Program-made: the position numbers and the translations under genes
Shown: piece after piece, positions 1-14,800 of the stretch
Numbering within the stretch: position 1 is the first letter of the stretch
How the letters are laid out: every line of letters begins with the position of its first letter
The notes under the pieces: model-generated
The model's database searches: none
What the model was told of the DNA's origin: nothing
What the model saw: the letters and a program-made list of their open reading frames with translations, nothing else
Assembly: GCF_902652985.1 (NCBI RefSeq)
Contig: NC_047017.1
Span: 18,476,001 to 18,540,000, forward strand
Direction of reading: 5' to 3'
Origin: Pecten maximus
Lineage: Eukaryota
Length of the DNA: 64,000 bases

Positions 1-1261
1 GTTTCGAGGATATGAACAACAATATAATCCGAAATGAAAAGAGAAACAAACCAAACTTTCACGTACAATTGACAAATATTAACATATTAAAAGGTAAAAT
101 AAATACAACATTCCAATTGTCATAATAACTATTGTTATCCGTTTAATAGAGGTATTAAGGTGTGGATAAATGTGAGGGGGATGTTTGATATTGACTGAGG
201 ATATATTTGTATTGGTATGACACGCTATCGTAGTAATCCGGGGAGGAATGCTAGATAACACCCCAGATACTGAATGGTGGACGAGTGACGTGGGTAAACA
301 ACACACCACAACAATAAACCCTTCACTTCAAACTCAAAGTAATTAAACTCGCTAATACATTTCGACTCATATAAACTTCCTGAAATCGCAAGCACTCAAT
401 AAGCCTCATGTGGAAAGGTTTTCGTTTGGTTTGGTTATAAAATATTGGCTGCTGAAATTAGATATTATCTTTTAAAATTAAGGAAGGAAATATCGCCACA
501 GGAAATTGACTGAAAAATGAATCGACAAGGAAACAAATGAGTAATGCAAAAGATCGTGATCTGTACGATGTACAAATATGTCTATTTCACCTTGGGCCGA
601 TCTTGTCACATGACTGGATAAATCAACGTCTCTTTGTGTAATAGGACGTACTATGTAGCATTGAGCTTTAAATTGTATCTTTACGTAGCCTACGAAGTCA
701 CATTGATATACATATTTTAAGGTACATTATCATCCGTTTTACTTGCTTTCATTCATTCATTCATCATTTAAAGTCTACAATCCCTCTTTTGATACCTATA
801 TCGTACTAAGGGCGTTGTAGTATATAGTTGTCCCTCCTACGCAGTAGAGATTAGACTGTATGCCGTATCCGGGGTGGATACTGGAGGAATCTTGGGTAGC
901 AATTTATCATGGTCGGCGTTAAGATCAGAAAACTATTTTGACAACACTCATAGGATTCAATATAAGTGATTTATGCTTATTTGTAAATTATGTTTCAAAC
1001 CATTTAATTCTTAATTTCGTTTGATGTCTCTAGGGAACGTCTAGGCGAATAAACATCTTGTCGCAAATAGTGTTTACTAATTACAAACGAATATTAATGT
1101 TGGATTTGTTTTATGAGACTTCACTACTCCACTCTAAGAGCAATTGCTATACAGAAAGCAATATATCTTGAAGGGGAGGAAGACGAAAGTCACTTCAACA
1201 ACGTCTGATATTGTCATACTAGTTAACACAAATGGCAAGTCCCTTACTATAAATAATAAAC

Positions 1262-1510
1262 CAGCACAATATTGAATACTTGTACACACAGCATCCTTTT
1301 GAATACTGTTACACACAGCACACCATTGAATACGCATACACACAGCGCACTATGGATACTTGCGCACATATCACAATATTGAATACTTGAACACATACAA
1401 CACACCATTGAATACTTGTACACACAGCAGAATTTTGAATACATATACACAAAGCACACTATTAAATTCGTGTACACACAACTCAATATTGAAAACTTGT
1501 ACACAAATAG
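1262..1510. repeat. Degenerate ~27-bp tandem repeat, about 9 copies (consensus ~ATTGAATACTTGTACACACAGCACACT)
   Basis: Recurring TTGAATAC...ACACACAGCAC units; explains the repetitive minus-strand ORFs between 1134 and 1838. Confidence 0.8.
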
Positions 1511-1651
1511 CATTCAGTGTCAGATAATTTCTAGTGTGGGACATTGAGGCCAGACCGTAAAGTGCTAAACAGTGTAAACGACAAAGACAGCCTGACATAA
1601 CAGTTCGCCTATCTACCTTGGTCTCCGTTAACCCCAGTCTATCTGTAATGA

Positions 1652-1935
1652 ATGAGATATTTATTGTACATACTCCGGTATGTGGGAGAGATATCACCTC
1701 TAATGACTGGTGGTGTGGGCAGTAATATGGCTGGTATATTTCGTCTGGAGGTGAAAGTGACCACTCTCCTCGATATCTCTGACCACTTGTTGGGTTATTT
1801 GTATCTGCCAGATGACAGACGGTACGATAATTTATCATCAGGAGGCTGATTAGAAATTTGCTTTATGATTAGGGGAACTTCAAGGGCAATAATTATTGGC
1901 GATTTAAACCTCACCATGCCTAATACTGGGAGTCC
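1652..1935 (+). mobile_element. Degraded non-LTR retrotransposon APE-endonuclease fragment
   Basis: ORF 1652-1849 (GGVG...LGYLYLP) continues in frame past a TGA to IIIGDLN, then frameshifts to HH..WG. This resembles the LINE APE motif GDFNxHHxxWG. Confidence 0.4.
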
Positions 1936-3867
1936 ATACAGTGGACCAGGTATTTTGGTGTAGAAATTATCGATTTACATAATATTTCTGGGGGTTTTTT
2001 CAGTGCGGCTTTGCTTGTTTTTTATAACATGGGTTAGGTGTTACCCTAATTCTTCTATTAAATATACTGGATAGAAATAATATTTCTTTCAATTTGATTT
2101 CATCAGAATACCTTGGAGTCTTAATTACAGTAATAAAAGTCTCTTCAGCATTACAGTTCTCGCGAGGTTAAGTAATAACGGTCATGTAATACATTTCATC
2201 ATTAATTTCAACAAATTCCTTTCTCTCGACATAACATAATGACTTCAATGAACAACGAATCAGCTTTCAAAATCTGCACACATCAACCTGACATATGTAG
2301 AATTCAACGCATAATGTTTCACCCACGCAAACTGATCCCTGCAGACGTGTCGGCCAGTATTAGGCGGTATTTATATCGGTCGATACACAATTTGTACCTT
2401 ACCTTTGTAGCTTTCTGATATGATTTCGACAATACCCTTTGGAAGGTCATGTTTGCTTTGTTTGTTTGCTCTATCGTCTGCTTGAACAGAATACCCGATG
2501 TATATTACTCATACTTCCTACACCCGATAGTACAATACGCTGACTGTACAAAAACCTGGCCTAACATTTCTGTTGCACTAGGATGTAATTCCCAATAAAC
2601 TATCCCACTACCCAATAATGGATGTTATATTGCTATTTGACTTGCATTATAACATTAAATTATGATAAGACATGTGCAAACAAGAATAAAAAGGATATGC
2701 TCAAACATGCAATTAAAGGTTTTAGGTATCATAGGTATGCATTATACAAAAAGGTATTCATTTATGTATAGAAAAAGATATATATTCATTCTTATATTAA
2801 CTATATAGATATGTGGTTTTGAAAAGAATAAAGCATTCTTATGCACAAATACAAAGTAAATAATAACATTCATATATATATATTAGTTAGTTTATATTTG
2901 TACATCTGTATGATACCTACTTATACATGCAATTAATTAGGATATGTATTTTTCACATATAAAGAATCAATGTTAGAACACCAAACCACCAAACACCTTA
3001 ACATCTGAGCAAGCATTTTAATAATTATTGAATTCGAAACTATCGTCAATCAGTTGTGTTTGGGCTCTTAAAGGTTTTATTTGCTGCATAAGTGTGTAGT
3101 TGCATCAATTTATATACATATTTGCATACATATATTGAATTATATTTTGTATCGATAACTCCAAATATCCTTTCTAGGTTAGAAATTACTCCTAAACACA
3201 GCATATATTATGGTTCCATACATATGCAAGTATACTTGTACTGAGAGTGTGTTAATGAACCCTAATGAATCACAAATACAAAGGGTTGATTATACAACAT
3301 TGTGTACAGTCCTGTGTTATTTATCTCGTTACAGCACCTTCCTGCAACATACAGGATTCCAAATGGACTCCATGTCGGGAAGCAGATCATCATACGAGGC
3401 AGGGTCACCTGGGGCACAGACGTGTGAGTAGATATAATATTTCTAGTAAAGCTTCATTGGGTACTAGAATATGTGAGTAGTTATATGTCTAGCATAAACT
3501 CAAACAGTGAAAAAAAAAAGAATAATGAAGAAGGAATAACAATGCTTGTTGATATACCAAGTGGTTCTGTTGTCACCACCCTAGTTCTCATTTTGAGAAT
3601 GCGATTTATAACCCTAATTTGTCCTCGATTAGTATGATGAAACTGAAGACGCTTTACCTACCGGAACATATGGTATGTTTCTCCTTGTACTTTTTCAGCG
3701 CTCTCTATGCAAATCTGTAGGTTTTGATAATATTTTGCCTTCGTTTTACCGATTTTAAATTTGAAATATTATGTTGATATTCTCTGGAAGTTTTCGAATC
3801 CGATATACATATACAATAAAATGGTTTGTGATTGTGGTAGCTACATTAGTCTTTTGCGCGTTTTCAG

Positions 3868-6800
3868 GTTCGCCATCAACTTGCAGCAGGAGGAGAACCC
3901 AACTGACGGAGAAATCGCTTTCCACTTCAATCCTCGTCCTAGCGCCAACACCTGTGTGAGGAATTCCTTTTCCGGGGACTGGATGGAAGAGGAGACCGAT
4001 CAGCCGCATTTCCCATTCGACGATGGCATGTCCTTCCTCCTCCGTATAGAGGTCGCTGAAGACGCGTTCCGGACTTACGTTCACGGCAAACCTTACATCA
4101 ACTTCGCACACAGACTCGACTACGGAAATGTGCATTACTTACATCTGACCCCTGGTGTGGAGTACTATGACATCACATTCCAGGAGAAATACGTACGTAA
4201 TAAAAAAAAAATGAACACACTTGTTAAACCCCAACCAGAGCAATAAGCAACGGGTAGCTTCTAGCGTCAAAATCTGTAATATAACATACTGTAAACGTGA
4301 TTCTTTTCGTGGGGGGGGGGGGGGGGGGGGGGTTAATATCGAGATTTCAATACGTAAACTATACGCGTGGGGGTAATTTTCGCGATTGATTCACTTTCTC
4401 TTGTAGTTCAAGATTATTGAAATTGATATTAAATTAATACGCGTGGGGAAAATTTTCGCGAACAAAAAGGGTCTGCGTAATTTGCGTAAATTTCCCCTTC
4501 GCGTAAATGTCAGCGTTTACAGTAGGCTATTTATACTCTCAATTTCATTGAAAGCGTGTTACCAATGGATTTGAAGGTCCTTATTTGTTTGGAATTTATT
4601 TTGTTACAGACACTGCCATACCGTACTGAGATTCCCGGGAGTATGGCGGTCGGTAAGGCTGTCCGTGTCCGAGGAGCTGCCCAGGACAACGATGGGTAAG
4701 TAGACAATGTCAGTAGGGCTAGCATACATTGATTATAGAATTCTACAGAAAATTATACGCATGTTTTGTGTGTGTTGATAGGGAGATATTGTCGTTTCTG
4801 GCGATGAACTATATTCAAATGACTATATGAAATTACTTCTATTTCTGTTATAAAAAGTTAATTGCTTTAGAAGTAGATAGGATTTCATCAAAGGTACAGG
4901 ATTATGTGACACCAAGTAAAATGCATAACTAAGGAGGGCGAGAAAGGTATGACATGTGCATAGTAAGTGTCTATTCCATATTCTATCAACGTTTATGGAT
5001 TATAAAAAAAGATCCAGACACACAGATATTAGCACAATTCCTTACAAATTGAAAGCTAGATACAGCACGTAGAACCAAAAATGAATTAACCTCCACCATG
5101 CAACTATTAAACTCTCGCGTACTATGATGTACAAATTATGTAAATGATTTTACTTGTGTTCCAGATTTAGCATCAACTTCGGATGTGACTGCGAGAACAA
5201 CTCGACTGCCTTCCATTTCAATCCCCGTCCCACAGAGGGCGTGGTCATCCGGAACGCTAACCTTGGGGGCTGGGGTGATGAAGAGAGAGATTACGATGCC
5301 GAGTTCCCCTTCACACCCATGAACTACTTTGACGCCATGTTCATCTGTACAGACGATCAGTATGTTGTGAGTATACTGAATGACGTCATCCACTGACGTC
5401 ACTATCATATGGTCAAGCAGCCTTGTCATACAGATTTGCCAGGCTTTTTTTCTACTTGAACAATGATGGTTGATTAAGGTTTTGATATTTATCCCATATA
5501 ACAGACTTTTACATGCTCTCAGACTTTTTACAAGTTAATAACCTGATTTTCTACAAGCTATCATCCAGACTTTCTACAAGTTATTAACCAGACTTTGTAC
5601 AGGTTGTTCTTGATGCTTAATTGATTTCATTAGGGCAAACATTGATATATCAATTATGTCGTCACTTTTTAAGGTTCATGTTAATGACAAATACTTCACA
5701 AACTTCGGTCACCGCTGTGGAGTTCCAGATTCTTCTCACTTCCATATCCAAGGCAACATGGACATCAAGGACGTGGAATACTATGAGCCCTTGGTAAGGA
5801 CTAGTAAATAAAATGATTTTTTAAAATTTATTTTCAATTTTTCTCATTTTCACCTTCATAAGGAAATGGCATATATATATATTTAAAATTGCTATTACAC
5901 TTTCATTTAAACAGGACGACGACTTTGTCAAGGAAATTCCTTGTGGCCTTGAGAAGGGAGATGTCGTCCTCTTCAGAGGTTTCATGAAGCCAGGAGGCGA
6001 TACGTAAGTGACATGGGGCTTTCAGTACGATATCACAAAGTGAAGCGCTATGTTACGGCAATATTGTTGCTATGTACAGAAATCCTACATTTAGAGCATT
6101 ACATTATGCATCCAATTCCTGTTTCACATTCAAAGCTCAATCAATTTTTCACATATAAAATCAATTTATTAGCAAATGTCAAATACATATAAATACATAT
6201 ATATATTAAATTGTTATTCATTTTTAAACATGTCTATATACATACCTTAACCTAAACAATGAAGCTCAACACAAAATTCTTTAAAAGTATGTTAAGTATC
6301 AGATGTCATTATGAATACACAATATGGTAATGAGATAACAAAAAATATATCCCTGTTCGACATTTTCCTCTTTTTCAGCTTCTCCGTGAATCTAATGAAT
6401 GGTTCCTCTGCCGACGATGACATCGCATTTCACTTCAACCCCCGTGTTGGAGAGGGTGCTCTGGTAATGAACTGCCGTATGGGTGACTGGGGAGAAGAGG
6501 AGCGAGAGGATATACCTTCATGCTTCACAAACAACGAACCATTCGAGATCAAAGTCGTAACAAAGAGCAGAAAATTCAAGGTACGATAAAGTAGTATCAT
6601 GATGCATGTCTACGATAAAGTAGTATCATGATGCATGTATCTGCTTTTATTGGGTTTTTTGTTTTTCATTATAATGTGTAGTATTATAATCATGTTAACT
6701 GTAAAAGTAGGAAAGCGATATAACCTTTAAAACGTACTGTGTTCCAATTTGTCCTTAGCAATACCTAAACGGTAAGAAGTGTCTCAAATTATAAAACCTA

Positions 6801-8772
6801 CAAACAAACCTGTTTTGTTCTATAATGTCCACAGCTGTACGTAAATGGTAAGAAGTGTGCCAAATTTGACGCCAGAGGAGAAGTAGGAGATATCAAGGGC
6901 ATCAATGTCCGCGGAGATGCCTTCATATACCAGGCCAAGCTTCAAAGGAAAATGGTGAGATTGCAAGTCTTTTGGTATTCAAGCCATCGTAATTCTTCTT
7001 GATCATTATTAAGACGTGCATTCACGGTACCGTATAAGGTTACGATGGCAAAGTAACACATGCAAATGTATTGAAGAGACCATATACTGCTGAGTGATGA
7101 ATTGATTACAAAATTCTTATCAAAAATAGATTCATTCAGACATAACGGAATGTATGGTTATGGATCAGGAAAAGAAAGAATCGCTTACCTGTGTGGTACA
7201 AATAATTGTCAGGTTTTTTTTTTTACCTTGAGTGTTCTTTTTTTCAGTTATGTGCATCTCAGCAATCGAATAATTCTGGTAATAAAACGAGAAATGAATA
7301 GCAAAAATGAAATGAGTGGTGATGATGTTATATACAGTAATATTAACTGATTTTGTTTTCCTTATTTTAGGTGTAGACGCTTTGTTAACTGCAGATAGAA
7401 AGGTAAAGAATGATGTTTTGATTTTATCAATAATAATCAGCTAAAAATAATGTATTGTTATTTAGGAAAAACCAGTAGCCATTGAGAGAATCCCTGGCGG
7501 ATTCCGTGAAGGAGGATGGGTTGTGGTCCAAGGAATCCCAAAGAAAGGATCCGGTGGGTAGGTATTTTAAAGAATCATTTGTTTACAATGCGTTTACGTA
7601 TACCGAACGTGTTTGAGAGAGAAAAAACCTATTTATACCCATATTGACCTCTTTCCTTACTTTGTATTGTTAGTATACTTTCAGTTATCGTCTGCTATGC
7701 CTGTGTACCATTTAAATGATCTAGTGTTGTAAGGTGTATTTGATTGGGGTTGATTAAAAAATCTAAGCTACATTGGAATTGATTTCCTTGGCAATTTCCT
7801 TGTAAAATTAAATCAAAACGTGAATGTATAGATTTATTTTCAAATAAATGATTCTAGATTTCTTGGCATTTTGTATGTCCATGTTGATTTGATGAACAGC
7901 TGTCCTCAGATTCTAGTGGTGAAAGTTCGTTGTTACCTTGGTTATTATCGTTTGTTTAGCTTCGCTGTTAACCTGACGTGTGGTGATGACGACGCAGATG
8001 ACATTGCCATGCACTTTAACCCTCGTCTGGAAGAAAATTGTACCATCCGAAACACATGTACAGGAGGAGATTGGCAGGGCGAGGAACGCGATCAACCAAG
8101 CTTCCCCTTCGAACTCAAGGACACCTTTGAAATCGCCATCAATGCTCAACCAGATAAATTTGTCGTACGTATACTGCTATAGAAGTGACAGTTTTCTGTT
8201 TCAAGTGCAAAATTATTCAAAGAAAGGTTTAGACGTCCATGACCATTTTGTCTTATCTTGTCCATCTCTAAAGTAAGAAAGATATTTGATCTTTTAGCTT
8301 AATTTTGATTGGAATATTGTATCCCCAAATAAAGAAAAAAGGGTGAAAAGTTTAGAGTCACCAGCCCGACCACGTGGCTTTTCTCAAGGTTTTCTATCCA
8401 GGTCAACGAGCGTGATTAATATATGATATAACTTATTTCGCAATTGCTGTTAAGTAAATAAAGTTTACAGTTTTTTGAAGAAAAGGCATAGATATCTCCT
8501 CAAATTTAAAGAAAATATCTTGTACTTTTCCCTAATATTTGAAGCCGACAACATCGCTGATAGAAATCAGGTAGAAACATACTGAATATACTAACTTGTT
8601 TTCATTTGTAAGAATGATATTTTATTTCTGGTGATTATAAAACATGTTCCATTTCCAGACCTACGTCAATGGTCAGAGATACGTGGAGTACGCCCACCGT
8701 CTCCCATTGGACAGTGTGTGTCACCTGAAGCTGACAGGAGATGCTGACTTCTTTGAGCCAGAGTTCTTCTAG
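3868..8772 (+). CDS. Quadruple-CRD (tetra-domain) galectin, gene 1; the first exons probably lie upstream of the window
   Basis: Exons 3868-4192, 4610-4695, 5165-5366, 5674-5793, 5915-6003, 6379-6580, 6835-6954, 7466-7557, 7960-8164 and 8659-8772 (TAG), all GT-AG and frame-consistent. Four HFNPR...N...WxxE motifs. AATAAA at 9307-9312. No match to gene 2 exons 1-2 was found in 1-3867. Confidence 0.95.
4287..4524. mobile_element. MITE with TACTGTAAACG...CGTTTACAGTA termini (TA target-site duplication)
   Basis: Perfect 11-bp inverted ends including TA, internal CGCG-rich motifs and a G22 run. Confidence 0.75.
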
Positions 8773-10864
8773 AGCCATCGTAAGCATACCTTCACTTCTT
8801 CTGAAATGACATGAATTTTGCATTTTCATCGAGACAGACCAAATGACTAATCACCAAGAAATATAAGCGTCCAAGACAGACAGGCGTCTAGTTATATAAT
8901 AGTAGAAACTGTCATACGATGTCCGATTGTATATGCTAGTATTGTAAAACTGTTTGATATTTAATACGTTTAACATTTTTTGTAACAGAAGAATCATATC
9001 TACGGAAAAAACACCAGTTGGGATGGATTGGGATGCAGTAGTGAAAAGAAGTACAGAAGTATCGGTACAAACTGTAACATGGTCCTAGGATACTGCTGGA
9101 CAGGACAGAGAAATGAAGAAACAGTATATTATTGTGTTTTATATCAAAAGCTATGGAACAGACAATCGCTTCTAAATATTACCATATAACAATAGACATG
9201 TAATAGACAGCAAACACGTGCTTTATTCTACCAATGCAATCAATGACAGCTTGGCACAATGTGCCCAATAGAAACTGACTTTAAATATCTGTGATATAAA
9301 ATGTTTAATAAATATCTTTTATATCATGTCTGTGTTGGTATCCCTTTGTTTCGATATTACGTTTATCACGTTATATATAAATCAAGGTTTTGTATCCATC
9401 ACAAATTGAAAGATAATTAATTTACGCACAATAATAGAATATGTAATATTTTCGTTAACAACATGACTTTTTTAAAATTATGGAATATGTAATGAAATTA
9501 TAAAACATGATGTACAATGTCGATGAAGATTGATTTTTTTTGTCTAGTGTTTCATTAATAGATGTATGTAAGTAATGCCTGCTGATTAAATCCATAATAA
9601 AATACTTAATACTTGTAGACTATGGAACGTATTAGCTCAAGACACTGGGATCTCCTAGGACTATCTATGTAACATTGAAACCCACGAATGCACAGCTTAG
9701 TGAGCAAAAGATAGTTATCCAGATAATTATGTTACTTATATAGCAAACTATCTGCAACAGGAAATCTCAAAACGTAATATAAGCAGGTGCAATCAAGGAT
9801 TCTACAGAAGAAAAAAGAAGTAAGGATGGCGATTTGTTCAGGAAAAAAAAGAGATAGGTAGAGGAGACTGCAATGTTCTTTCAGAGGAATTTAGTAGAGG
9901 CGGCCTACAATATTCTACGGAGAAAATAAGCAGAGGAAACCTTTAATATTCTACAGATGAAATTAGTATTGATGCTGAAATGTTACTAACGAGGAAAAAA
10001 AGAAGATATTTCAGTCTTATAGAGAAAAAATGTCCAGGGGAGACTACTCCGTTCCTAATGAGATAATACTTATCGTGTTGTGTAGGCATTTAGGTGGTAA
10101 GTGTTGAGTAGTAGGCATTAAGCAGTAAGAAGTAGACAGTAAGAAGTAGATAGTAGGCAATAGGTAGTAAGAAGTAGACAGTAGGCAGTAAGCCGTATTG
10201 ATTTATTTAGATATATTGCTAATGTTGTTATGAAACAAAGATCACTCCAGAAATCTCACAGAATAACTATTGCAGATGGAACTACATTGTATTTGTGTTG
10301 TTATGACGGTTGCTACGACCGTGCCAAGAACTTTCCCCCGAAAACGGCTATTCTCTCTCCGACTTCACTCCAAGGTAAAAATATAACAAAATCCCCATTT
10401 TTTTTTTTATTATTGGTTGCTTTGACGGATAAACTAAAAAATCATCATAATGTAAATATAAGGAATGAAATTTAACGCGATTCACATGGAATATGTCCAG
10501 AAGCCAATGTTGTTATGACCTCATGAATGTTGAAAAGATTTTCATTCCCTAAATGTATATCATAGGTGCCTCAAATTTGGTTTCTATTTTCTAACCCAGT
10601 ACGTTAATCTGAAGCACAAAACTTATTTGTCCTAATGATCCCCACAAAATGCAGACAAACACCGATTACGCAGAATGGAGAGGTTCTCAAATAGATGTGT
10701 ATACAAAATGTGAAAGGGGAACTTTTGGCCAAATAATGCATGTAAAACCACAACTCAAATTTACATATTTTAATCTGAGTTGTTATTCATCGTATCCTGT
10801 TGACGCCACAGTGGTTCGTATGACATTTATCACAATCCTAAATGTATGTGTGGTGGTTAAAGTG

Positions 10865-11345
10865 TAATAACATCCGGGTATATATACATGTATATCACAT
10901 AGTAACTCAGATGATTAAGGGAGATTTATGACTCATGCCCTGACCGGATCTCGAACTCACGATCTACGGCACCAAAGCATCTAGCCTTAAAAACAGCATC
11001 TTATACCACTGCGCCGCATTCATGCTATCAAAAAGAATGTTTCACTGACGCAGTGATGGGCGACCCGATACACTGACATGATCATAATGACAGATTGTGC
11101 AATAACATTCGAGTGTATACATTTATATATATAACATTGTAACACAAACAACGAATGAAACCAATTTATGACTCCTGCCCTGACCGGGCCTCGAACTCGC
11201 GATCTACGGCACATGATCCCTTAGCCAGAAATACCTGCACCTTATACCACTGCATCACATCCATGTTGTTAAAAATAATGTTTCAATGGCGCTGTGATGG
11301 CCAGCCCGATACCCTGACATGGTCATATTGACAAATCGTGTATAT
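10865..11345 (-). repeat. Two tandem ~240-bp units, each with a tRNA-like (A-box/B-box) segment
   Basis: Minus strand reads GGCGCAGTGGTATAAG...GAGTTCGAGATCC and GATGCAGTGGTATAAG...GAGTTCGAGGCCC; units are offset by about 240 bp. Confidence 0.7.
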
Positions 11346-11730
11346 ATATACATCCGTAAAATATTTACTTATATATCTCCACATTAAAGTAAACCTTGTA
11401 GTCAACATATGGATTTTATAGTAACAATACACCATGGTACTAAGTTTTAATCGATAAATAATGAAATATATTCCGGAATCGATCTTGCTAACAGATGTTG
11501 TAACACATGATCAGCTACGTCCGCTTGAAGTGGCTTAAACACGGCATATTCGTTAAATAACAATGCATGGTAATTCTGTCAACAAAATATGCACAAACAG
11601 GAAAAAGATCAAAAAGATCAACAAGAATAAATATCGACGTTCCATCTATACACCACTACACTAGCAAGCATAGGTTGTGAATAGAGATGTAAGGTGATAT
11701 GATTCGTTAAGAGAACCGGTGTATCCACGC

Positions 11731-11740
11731 TATATATAAC
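11731..11740 (+). promoter_or_regulatory. Putative TATA box of galectin gene 2
   Basis: TATATATAAC lies 126 bp upstream of the ATG at 11857. Confidence 0.5.
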
Positions 11741-11856
11741 ATCCAATACCATCCAGACACACTACTGTATAGTCTGTTGAGCAAGTCAGTACGTACACTT
11801 TGCACACTTGAGGAACATACCCAGACCAACACGTCCACGTTCAACTTACCGGCGAC

Positions 11857-14800
11857 ATGTTAATTAAAATACCCGTACATGTGAGTATGAATATATATCA
11901 CATATTTCGTTCGCATTACTAGTATACTTTGTGGAATGTTGCATTTATAATAATGAGATCTACATTTCGGCCATTTCTTTAGCAGACGAATTTCTTTATA
12001 TATATATTATATATATATAAATAGGATCTAGTAAGTAATAACGACGGTATAATCCAATACTAACAAACAAATGCTCGTTGGATGCGTATTACTAGAAATA
12101 GATAATTGTCAAGTAGTAATAACGACAGTATAGACAAGTAAATTGTCGAATTTTCGAGGCAATCTGTATTATATATATATATACATATATACATTTGTTT
12201 TTCCTGGTATGTTGTTTAATTCTGATGCAGACAAACAGATAGTGCGTCTAGGTTTAAGATAGCGTAACTATCGCATGAAATAGTTTTTTTTATGCAGCAT
12301 ACAGTCATATATACAGCTTTGTATATATATACATATATAAAATGCGTACTAACCTTCACCGAATAACGGTACAATGTACTTATGATGTGGTCAATAATAT
12401 GTTTAAACTTTGCAGGACCTTGGCGAAAATGTACTAGCCATCCCTAATGGCCTCCAGCCTGGCAAAGTGGTAACCGTGATCGGAAAGTGTGTTGGAGACG
12501 ATAGGTAAGAATTAAAACGCGTTCTACCAGTTATATGTAAATTGTGTGTTTACATTCTTCTACAAAAGTATTCAGTAATTATCTGTAGCAGTGTGTACAT
12601 ATGTTACGGTCTGAAGGTTACGGACATAACCTGGTTACATTAGGCTGCCGTCGACACAATCAATTACAGCATTGTGTACAACTATTTAAACGATATGACA
12701 CGCACGCAAGATGGTGGGTGTATGCAGTTTCAAAGAATACCTTTTAAAAAAATTGTGCGAACTACGCAATTCTCAAACGGCTGTGCCAATTAAACAATTA
12801 TGCTGTCCAGAGACGTTAAAGGAACGTGTTCGCAATGAAATTGTTCATACTTTTTTCATATTTTTTTCATATTTTCATATTTTCATTTACGTGCAAACTG
12901 TGGTCACTTTATTAGTGTGTCAGGCGATGGGAGGGCGATCTTCTCTTTTTCAAGCCAGGCATTCGAACAAATTTCGTTAATAAGAATAATAATACATGTA
13001 CATAGAACATTTTAAGCGCTTTTCAAAACCTGTTCCCAAAAACATAATTCGGGTAAAAACTTCGCATTTGTGAGAAGTTAATTACTAAGCCTTCACTGAC
13101 TAACCCCATGTAAAATTCCAAAATAACGTGCTTGCTCGTTATTTTTTTTTTAAACATAGGACGATTTCAACACACGCCACATTTCAATATATTCTTTGAC
13201 GTCATTTAAGTGTGTTCAAGTGCATAAAAGCGCGTGCGTAATAAACTATATGGTTCTTAGTAACGCAGTATTTATTTGGGTTTTACTGAATTGAATAAAC
13301 ATTGTTGTCATAGATGTCGATTGTTCGCAGAAAAACAAACAGACACCGTGATATTGTAAGTAAGGCCATGATTTTGAATCAACAGATATGCACGCCTTTT
13401 CCCAGTTTGTGTAGTTAATGCATTTGTAATCTACCTAACTCCTTTAAATTCGAGAAATTTATTTATTTCGACCTTTTTTCTGAGTTTCCTTCCTCGTTTC
13501 TGATGTTTTAACACTTTCACGACATAAGCACCACTTCCAAGAAGGAAGTATGTATAATGCGGATTAATTAATGTATGACTCTACTTCATATAACGTTCAA
13601 TGATATATTCAGTATCGTCTGTGTTTTGTACAATCCTTCGACATGTTGTTATGGAGACAATAGAAATTGAGGTATCTGTGTTTTTACCGAGGGACTAGTT
13701 TCTAATATCATTTCTCAACCAATTGTCTGACCAATTACAGCGCGCATATACCTTTACACATCCAGAGAACCTAAGTGGATAGAATTCAGAATTTCACATC
13801 CCGCCGGATTCACGATAGCAGAATGACAGTTTTTTTTTTACGATAAATCCTCACTCTTACTTATGTACTAGTATCCAGAATGTATAGTGATGTTTTAAGA
13901 TTCCTTTCTGTAACGGTATGGTGAATGTTTGGTTTGATAAACAATATACAATGAAGTACAATACCTGTTACATGTGTATCGACATTAACAAGGTTAACAA
14001 CATATATATCATCTAGTCAACCACTACATAAACTCCGTATGGTATTACGTCGAGTTTCCCGAGTGTGAAGTATGACACTTCCTGTTTAAAATATCTTCGT
14101 CAGAAGGTAGTCACCTAATCGTCAAAGGATAATCATATACATGTATTCAGACCATAATCTTATAACTCAAGGCTGATTTGAATAATTTGTGTTTCCTGTC
14201 ATTCATTTTATCTTGCCGGGTTTTTTTTTTCTTAAGTCGTGCTTTGTCACAGGAAAACTCCGACATTTAGAAGAATTTCACAAAAGACAGTCACGCGAAC
14301 AAATTTAAATATAAAACAAACAAAACATACATTCTAGGCCGACAAAGGAGTGAAAATACATCATACAAACATTTTGTTCTTCTTGTCTTATTTATTAGAT
14401 TGAAAATGGTTATGTAAACTGTCGACAAAGGTGCTAAAATTGTTATTTCACACCATGAAGGACATCTTTCGCCTTTCCCTTTAACGTCGAATTTTCTCAC
14501 AGAATGATGTCTACTGAAGCATTTATGCCGAATCGGTATTCTAACATACGTTGGAAGGCGCAAATGACAATTTTCAACATTTCATTTCAAAAGAATATTA
14601 GTTTGTATTCAAAATTATTACAAAAACTAGATATAACAAGTAATTGGAAATGATTACAGAAGTCCCCAAACAGAGGTCAGGAAATGGCGTCCGTTTAGCT
14701 TAAATGTGAAACTACGGCTTTGAAAGTGACTGGTACACCGTGGTGTATCTACAAATGTACATACCAGATTTGATCAAAGTCAGACAATATTTAAATTTCG

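Noticed and set aside
7371-7402. Possible extra microexon in galectin 1 (TTTTAG|GTGTAG...AAG|GTAAAG)
   Set aside because: It has an immediate in-frame TAG, no counterpart in gene 2, and the flanking exons already join in frame.
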